DNA of 52,658 bases, taken from positions 1-52,658 of the IMG/VR virus record IMGVR_UViG_3300022866_000011. One strand, 5' to 3'. Shown one piece after another: positions 35,301-44,300 of this stretch. The position numbers were made by a program, and so were the translations under genes. This stretch comes from a virus. Lineage: Duplodnaviria > Caudoviricetes. The notes beneath the pieces were generated by a model, which searched no databases, was not told the DNA's origin, and saw only the letters and a program-made list of their open reading frames with translations. The first letter of the stretch is position 1. Each line of letters begins with the position of its first letter.

Positions 35301-38300
35301 CCGGTCCTTGTCTAGCCGCTCCTGTGCCGCTTTGTCCCACATTTCGACCGTTTCACGCTCACGTCCAGGTTTCATGGCCTCGTCAACTGCGTCGACTACG
35401 CTACGAGATTCAGAATCCTCCGCAGGATTTGCCAAGTCAGGACGTCCCTGTATTTTGCGGCCATTCTGCTCGAAGTTTTGATTTGCGACAATCTCCTTGA
35501 TCGAAGACGGCACCCGCCGACGTAACGCCGCAAGACCCTCCGTCACCGCCGCCTGATCATCCAACGCCGCCCGTTCAGCGTTAGTCCCAGCCTCTAATCG
35601 TCGACCGCCATCACTCCGCCCTTGAGGGACGTCTGCTGGTGGCGTTTCAGTAGCTCCTCCGGCCACTGGCTCGGCGGCTTGCTGTTCATCAGCTCGATCT
35701 CGCTTTCGCTTACTGGCAGGTTCTTCTCTGCGAACGCTGCTAATTTTATCGACCGGTTCCACCGATTCGTCTGCGCGAGCTTCGACCGATTGTAATCCTC
35801 GAGCTTCGACTGCTGCTCGCGCTTTCCCTTCGAGATCATAGAGTTTTCCGGTTTTGGGGTCATAGTTAAAAGCAACTAGCTCCGGCTTATCCGAGCGCCT
35901 GGTTTCTTTCAAAACAGTGAACCCCAATCGCTGAAGATGCAATACCGTTTCAGAATCCCAGTTATTGGTGATCATGAGCTTGGAACCCTTTTTCCAAGCA
36001 TCAAGCACCGGCCCACTCAAAAGCTGCTGAAAAGCGATTCGGCCGGTCTGGGCCTCCAAGGGAGTGGCGTAATTACTCGAATCCCCAGAGTAACCCGGAT
36101 CCAGCATGAAAAAAGTGTCGGGACCGGCGCGATCGACGAGTTTCTTATACCCGTCACCTTGCTCCACCTCGGTCAGTGCCATGTTTTCCGAATACTCCCG
36201 CAACAGTTTATTGTAGGACTCACCGCTCCGGAAAATCGCTCGCTCGCCCATCTTAGTCAAAATCGGCTTTAATGTTCCAATCTTCACCGCTTGCTCGTCG
36301 GCACCAAGCCCCGGCAAGGCGACAGTATTTGGGTCGTCGTCCTTCTTTGGCTTTCTTTTATGAAACTCCAGCTCTAGCGAGATGCCGCCGGCCGAAATGT
36401 TCTGAAGCGCCAAGTAAAGTCCCGCAACATCTGCCGTTTGCGGCAATACGATTGGGCCTAGTTCCGCCAAGGCTGCGGCATTATCCGGCAAAAGCCCCTT
36501 GATCGTTTCACGAGCAACCGCGTCGATCTTCGGATACACCTCCTGCAATCGCAGGTTTTCCGGGCGACCATTAGCAGGAGTGTCGATATCAATCTGGTCA
36601 AACAAATCCTGCCACTTGTCATGAGCCTTTATCACCCCCTCAACATCATTCTTGATCGCAGCAAACGTCGCAAACCTCAGCGCATTCCATTCATTGTGCA
36701 CCCGCGGGATGCCACGATGACCTAAACGGGCAAGCACATTGCCGTAGAACCCAGCGCCGGCCATGAGATCGCCGACCAATTTGACGCCCTCTGCACCCGA
36801 AAGGATCACCCCGGCCAGCTTCCCGCTGATCGCCGACTTGTTGCCCAAAAACGGGAAAAGTAGGGTATTTTGTAGCTTGGCCTTCTGCACCGGAGTCACC
36901 TCAGGAACCGCAACATTGTCACCATCCCCCTCCGTGTTTTGATCATTAAACAGGTCCGACCGGCCACTCTTTAGCGTCTCGGGCCGAATGTAGATTACTG
37001 GATCGATAAACTGAATCTTGCCGAAATTATCGATCACCACGTTCTCGTCGTGCAGATCCTCGACCAAAACCTCACCGCGTCGGTAATTGTCGGCATTAAT
37101 CCGACGGAACCCCTCAAGCTCCATAGCCTCCTCGGTCTCTGCTCGGGTCGCCCCACGACGAACGATGACATACGCCTGCGAAAGCACTGGGGCAATCAAG
37201 CCCTCCGAGGTTTCGGTGAACCCCAATAGCCTCGGCCCTGTCTCCTCGAAAAGCAGATTGTGAATCTGAACCCGATCAAAGAATTCGTCATAGCCCAGAT
37301 GAAAAGGCAGCACCGTCGCGCCACCAAAACTATCATCGACAAAGTTGCGCTTAGTTACGGTCAGGCCATCCGTCCCCATAATGACTTGATGCTCCTCCCC
37401 GCCTACCTCCCCGCCTTCTTTCCACTGCTTCTCGAACTGGTCCGAATCAATCATCGCACCATTCTCCTGCGCCCACTTTCGGAGCGCATCAGACTGGCGG
37501 TTTTTTACTTTTTGGGTTTCGCTGGGCGTTTGCCGGCCAGCATCTCGGACTGCCGAAGTAGATCCGCTGGCAACGCGGGACGCTTCTGCAGCAACTTCTG
37601 CTGAAGATCCATCGAACGGATCGCCAAACGACTGCGTTCTTTTCCGGCCTTTGTCTTTTGAAACGACATCTTCATCCGTAGACTTTACACCACGCGTCAA
37701 GTCTGTGCCCGCAGCCACGCGTAACTGCTCGGCTTCAATTTGCTGACCCAAAGGATTCCTCGGAACAGATCGACCGCTGAACAGTAAATCCGGGTCCGGC
37801 GTGCCCAGACTCAGCGCATATCCAAATGCCTCCTCCCGCTTCGGAAAGTGAACGTGATTGACCGCCCGCATCGACGAACCGACCTTTTTATCGTCACTCC
37901 CCTCAAAGAGAATCCAGGTCACCCGCCAAGGATGCTCGCCCTCCCTCGAATTACGAGAAGTAAACAGAGCATTATTAGGGCGTCCACCAGCCTGAAATGC
38001 CACCACATCAGGGACTTCCTTTGCCCACTGCAAAACCTGCCGCTCCCAAGCCGCACGGTCACTGAGTCTAAGCAAATCATCTGGCACTGGGGGATACGAT
38101 GCCTTGCCCGATCGAAGGATATCCGCGCTTACTCCGCGACCATCTAGGATCTTGCGGAGCTGCTTCATCGCGATCTGCAAATTGTAGTGCGCCGATTGAA
38201 CGCTATTAAGGCCCAATGCCTCCTGCACATCACTCAACTGTCCGTCCTTCATGTAGACCCGCAGCGCAGTCGCTCGCTTGTAGTCCATAATCGCCAACGC

Positions 38301-41300
38301 TTCGTTGACAATCTGCGCAGCCGTCGTTTGACGTTCCTGCTCCCCCACCTCGGTCGCCACATCCGAACCACTCTCCAGCGTGTCTAGGATTGTGCCGCCA
38401 CCGCCATCGTTTGAGTCATCAGAAGAAAAGCTCTCGCCGGACGCACCTCCAGCGCCAGCATCCGTCGAGACCTCAAGAGACACTCGTTTGACGTTCGTAG
38501 CAAACATCGTGCTAAGGCGCCGCCGCATCAGGTTGCCGGCAAACTGCCAAAAGGAACGAGCAGTCCCCTCCTTACCCACTCCATAGTCGGCAAACTTCTT
38601 ATTGCCCTCTTTTTGAGTGAAAGCAGAAACACCGCTCGCAGCCTCCCAGAGTAACAGACGAGCCTGCTGCATCAGATCCTCAAGTCCCACGCCCGGAGTG
38701 TTGTTGAACCGCGTCGCAGCCATGCGCTCGGCAGCAGGGCGATACTTCTCGAACAGTTGCTCCGGCGCCAGATCAACATCCGAACCAAACCTCAACTCAT
38801 GCTTGCGCACCTTGTCTTGGGTAGGTATGGGAACCGCACGAACAGCACTGGCCTCTGTTTCGGGGTTCTCCTCAGTCTTGGCATCTTCGGCAACATTTTC
38901 TAATTTGTCGTTTTCAGAAGCCTTCGTCGGCGATTTGGCACGCTCGGCAATGCTCTTTGCGGCTGCGATCGCGCCGGAATGCCCTCGCATCTCCGGGATT
39001 TCCTTTGCCATCAAGCTCAGAACACCTCCCGCGGAATTCGCGACAGCAGGAGGAAGATTGTCCGCGTAGATTTTCGCCTCGTCGTTAAGACCCAACTGAC
39101 CAAAAAAGTCCAAGGTATCGTCCGACCCAGAACGTCCGGATTTCAAAATACTCGGATCGTTCGCGTCAAACGTGCCTCGGTTTCCGATCGCTGACTTGAT
39201 CTGAGTCTGATCAAAGGCGATAAAGGAATCCTCCTGATTCCCCATCAAAAACCGTCTGTGTGCAGTCTGCGCATCCTCCAAATCTTTAAACTCCTGAGTC
39301 GCCTGAACCTCATCTGGGACGTAATAAAACGGCACCTTTTTACCCATTAACTCAGCCACCTTTTCTTTAGCGTCCACCAAAGCCTTGCGAGTAACACCTG
39401 CACCGCCGGATTCGCCTTCATTTTTATAGACAACCCCGTCGTGTCCTTCGCCCTTCAGGAACCGAATCACATCTGCCTCTGTTTTCACTCCAAATGCCCG
39501 GACCGTCTTATCCCCAAACAATCGGTCCAACTGGTCCTCAAGACCCGAATCTAAGTCCCAAGATCCGTAGTCTTCTAGCCGCACAGGGTTCTTGATATTC
39601 AGATAAACAGGAAGCACGCGTGTGCCCTTTTCCCTGATTCTTCCAGAAGAGATTACGCTGTCGAGTCGGTCTGTCGCTTGACCTGCCGTCCCAAAGTGCA
39701 TCCCAAACCCGTCACCCGACCTGAAGACGCTAAAGTTCTCGTCCGCCCCAGTGCCGTGATAAACAACACGCGGCGCACCATTCGCATCCACCACGCTCGA
39801 CTTGCCAAACCACCGCTTAAACGCCGGCGTTTCCGTCTGCTCAGACCGGCCACTCTTCAAAACCGCACCAATACGACGGGCACTCAGGCTACGAGCCGAT
39901 GCCAGAATCTCATCCGCGCCCATTTCGGTGGCCTGCTTCCAAATCTGCGCGGGAGTTGCCGGTTCAATCGCAAACATCGCCTCCTGCTTCGGGTCGCCCT
40001 GCCCGTATACGAGCGTCACGTAATTATTCAGCACTTCGGCAATCTTCCCACCCTTGCGCCGGTTCTCGACCAACCACTGAAGCATCGCCTCCTGAAGCTC
40101 AGACCGTTCGGAAATGGCCCCAAGCTCCTGCTGATTGACCAATGCATCGAGCGCTGCCTCCACGGACTGGCTGGAAGGCTTGTCCCGCAGCGTTTGAGCA
40201 ATGTCCTGCACTGCTCGCGCAATGTCAGCCGAGATCCCGATCGGATGCAGCGCACCGTCTTCGATCGCGGTATTCATGGCCGCAACCTTCGGTGCCACCT
40301 TCATCATGGCGCCGATCAGACCACGAACACCGGCATCGTCCTCATTGACCAGCCGACCAAATGCAGCCGCCCCCTCCGGGGATCCAGAGTAAGCCTTGGC
40401 AAACATCGCAGCCTCGATGCGCCGATTCAGGTCCGTATCGCTTATATTCGCCGAAGTGTCCTTGATTACCGAGGAGACGAACTCCTGCCGGAATGGAAGA
40501 TTGCGACCCGCCGAAATGTCAAAATCAGGGTTGTAGAACGAAATCACCTCGGGACTCAAACGGTCCGAATCCTGCCGAGCCTGCTCAACTGTGTTCGTCG
40601 CAGCGCCGGCAAACTGGTTTGAATCCTCCGAGGCTTCCCGCAAGTCCTCAACCGGCATCGATGTGATTGCAACACGGACAAGAACCGGATTCTCAACCAA
40701 GTCGACGACCTCCGCCGAAATGCCCTTACTCCGTGCCACCGCGCCCAAGTCCTCCTGGAACTTACCCGCGACATCAGACAGACTCGAATCGTCATACATC
40801 AGGCTCTTCCCATTGGCCCGACCATTGCCCATCACCGTCACCGCTTGCCCGGAAACGAACGCCACGATCGGCAGACCCTGCGCGGTCGTCCCGGCCAGCA
40901 TCTCCTCGTCCATGTTCGGATTTGCGGCAATCTGGCGCTGCTGAGAAACGTAAATATCACCGGCACGATCCCGTGGCTGCAGCGCATCCGGGTAGCCGTT
41001 GCGCACGATCCCGTCAGGAGTGTGCGACGATGGAAACTGATCCGCACCAGAGAGCACGTTGACCGTCCAAAAGTTCTTTCCCTTGTGGGTCACCTTTTCG
41101 AGTCGACCAATCTGCTCGGGCGAAACCCCTAACTCGCCAGCCAAGGCTGCAACGCTTGCAACGTCCAGTGATCCATTGGCATCAGTCGTAAGTTGTGCAC
41201 GCGGTCCGGTCGCACCCTCTGCGGCACCACCAAATGACTGATCGCCTGCAGCTTCGACGCTACGAGCGCCACCCTCGGTGTCCGAACTCGGGAACTCCTT

Positions 41301-44300
41301 GACTCCGGCCAAAACAGCCTCGATCGGCGCATCCAAACGGATAACCCGGATCGTTTCGTCTGGGGACACGTTAACCTTCGAGAGCCACTGGTGATGCCCA
41401 TCGACCACATGCCCATCACTCGAAACCAGAATTGCACGGTCGCCACCCTTGAAGCCCTCGGCCTTCTTTACCTTTGCCGGCGAGAACTCCGCCTGCGTAG
41501 GTTTCAGCGAACCGGGTAGAATATTATCCTCTGCGCTTTCGATACCTCGTGCTTTCAGGAATTGAACCAACGCTCCCCGGTTCTCGGCCTTAACCTGGGG
41601 CATATCCGAGCGAGGAATCCCCAGAGTGCCACTGTCGGCAGCAAAAGCAGACCACAGCCGGTTGACCTTTTCTCCGGTCAATGCCTCGGAGTTAGAAGGT
41701 TCCGCAGCCGCCAAACCGCTGTCCTGATCCGATACCCCTAACGAATCTGGCTCTCTGTTATCCGGCGACTGCGAAGTGGTGTCGGGAGCGGCCGTAGCCG
41801 TATCTCCAGCTTCTGCTGATGTGGTATCAGATGATACTGGTGCGGTTTCCCCCGGATCGCTTGGAGTGCTTCCTGCACCTTGGTCTGGGTTTCCGTTGCC
41901 ATCACGTTCTTGATACCGACCATACAGCACGCTGTCAGTCCCATTTATCTGCTCGAGCTGTGCACCGATCTCGTCGGCGATCAGCTTCATATCGCCCATG
42001 CCTTCGGAATCCCCGGTTGCAGAGTCCATGATCCACGACCGCAAGGCAGTCAGGGCATCACGAATGAACGAAATCAGTTTTTCAGAGGCACGCTCCTCCG
42101 AGAGTTGTCCGTTGATGACCAATCGGCCATCCTGCCGGACCTGCATTCGACCCTGAACGAGCATCCGCACCGCTTCATGCGCCATTGCCCGATCACTCAC
42201 CGGACCCGACGCGCCAGGCTCATAGATGCGCTTGAAAGTGTAGCGTTCTTGGCTGGATAGAGAATCCCATGCCTCGGTAGCGTTCCACCGGCCCGCCTCC
42301 TCCATCCGCTGTGAAATGATGTGGGCCCCCTCTTCCACCGCCAAAGCAACCATGCGATCGGGATCCAAAATAGCCTGATCGTTGCCCTCTGCCACGATAT
42401 CCCCGATGGAGACGAGCAACGTGCCATCCGAATCCACCGCAAGGCCACCAGACCCCAACTCCTCCTGCACAACTCGCATCGATGGGAAGGTGGCGCCCAA
42501 TGTCCCAAGCGCCTTATTAACGTTCTCCGCTGCACGACGTGCGACAGTTAGCTTCTGTTCCGGCGTTCCGCCCTTCGAAACACGATTAACCGCCTCGAGG
42601 AACTGACCGGGAGGTATCGCCTCCACCTTCTGTGTTTCACGTGGAACAGCAGTCTCCGTTGATTTTTCAGAAACTTCTGGTTGAGCGGCTTGCTCAGATT
42701 GAGTGCCCTGCTCCTTGGCGCGAGCGATCAACTGCGAAACCTCCGCCTCGGTGCGTGGCATCAACGACTCAGCAGACGAAACCCCCTCGATCATCCAAGC
42801 CCGAGCCTTGTCGGTGATCACTTGAAAACCCTCCTCGTCTTTGACCATTTCGGTCCCGATCCGTTCCCCCACGACCGTGAGAGCCGCTTGTTCAGCTTCC
42901 GGCAGTTGGTTAACGTTTAACCCGTTAGCAATTCGAAGTAATCCCCGAGCAGCATCCCGATTAGAATCCTTAAGCTTCGCCGTCTCGGTTTCCACCTGCA
43001 CCGGGTCAGATTCTGGGTCAAACTGAGGATCAAAATCCTGCATCGCCTCCACCTGATCCACTGCTTGCCGATTGACCTCCAACCAGCCTGAAAGTTTCGC
43101 CAACTCCTGTGCCGCAGTCTCGTCCTGCCCACCAGCTGCGTCGTATTCGGCGAGAAACGCCTTCACCTTGTCCGCACCACCGACCAGTTCGATCGCCGCC
43201 CGAGATCCAGGATCATCGATCATTGAAAGCACCTTCGCCCGGTTTACGGGAGCAGACTCCACCGCAATACCCGCCTCGGTCTTTGGCCCAGCTGCGATCA
43301 ACGCACCACCACCACCGAGACCACCGCCGACAACCACAGCCTGCCCGACCGCTTCGCCCACGCCCTCGCTCAATTTGCGATCAGGATCGATACGCTGAAC
43401 CTGAGAGTTTAACCCAACCCGCCCCAACCCTTCCTCGGCAGCTTCACTGAGCGCCTCAGTTGCCGCGGTAACACCCGCACCAGCGAGCCGGCCAGCAACT
43501 CCGGCCGCGCCAGCCTTGCCAGCCAAAACCTTCTCCAATGTCCCAAGCCCCGGAATCATCTGCGGGACACCCTGCGCCAGCATCGAAACACCAAATGCGA
43601 TCGCACCCGAGCGGCGACCAATTGAGAGAGCCAAAGCCAGCTTTGCATCCTCGATCGACTCGCCAGACTCAACCGCAGCAGCAATCTCCGGCAGACCCAT
43701 TGCGGCCTCGTCGCTCATTTCATGCAACGCCACCACCGCCTCGTCGTAGCCATCGCCGCCCACATCACCACCCTGCAAGGCAGCACCAACGCCGACCTGA
43801 GAGCCAACCGCCACAGCCGCAGCTAGACGCTTGGATGCCTTACCCGCTGCCGTCTTTAGTAAAAGTTTAGTCGCCGCCTTACCCGTAAGAGCAGCAGCGC
43901 CACCAGCCCCCGCCAGATTCGGCAGTTGTTCGGCCAGTGCATTCGTAAACAGTTCAGGACTCGCCACGGTGGACTTAACATAGGCCAAAGCCTTCCCAAA
44001 CCACCCATCGACCGAATCAATCGCATCCTTTCGCTCCGCCTCCCCCTTCTTTAAACCTGCTGAGACCTTCGCCCCCCAGTAGTCCATGCCGTGATCACCA
44101 AACTCGCTGACCACGTTGTCCATGTTGCCGGTAGTCAGCCCGTAAAGGTCGCCGGCCATCTTCAAAATAGCATTGGACCCACGACCAAACGAAGCAACCA
44201 GATCACCAGCTCGACGACCAACCTCCCCAGTAAATGTTGGATCCTTCTCTGGCTGTGCGGCCGGTTTACCCTGCTTCACCGGAGCCTCGAAAGATTCGGG

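Noticed and set aside
39678-40622. 314-aa + strand ORF and other ORFs inside the giant gene
   Set aside because: Antisense shadows expected in GC-rich coding DNA; no motifs
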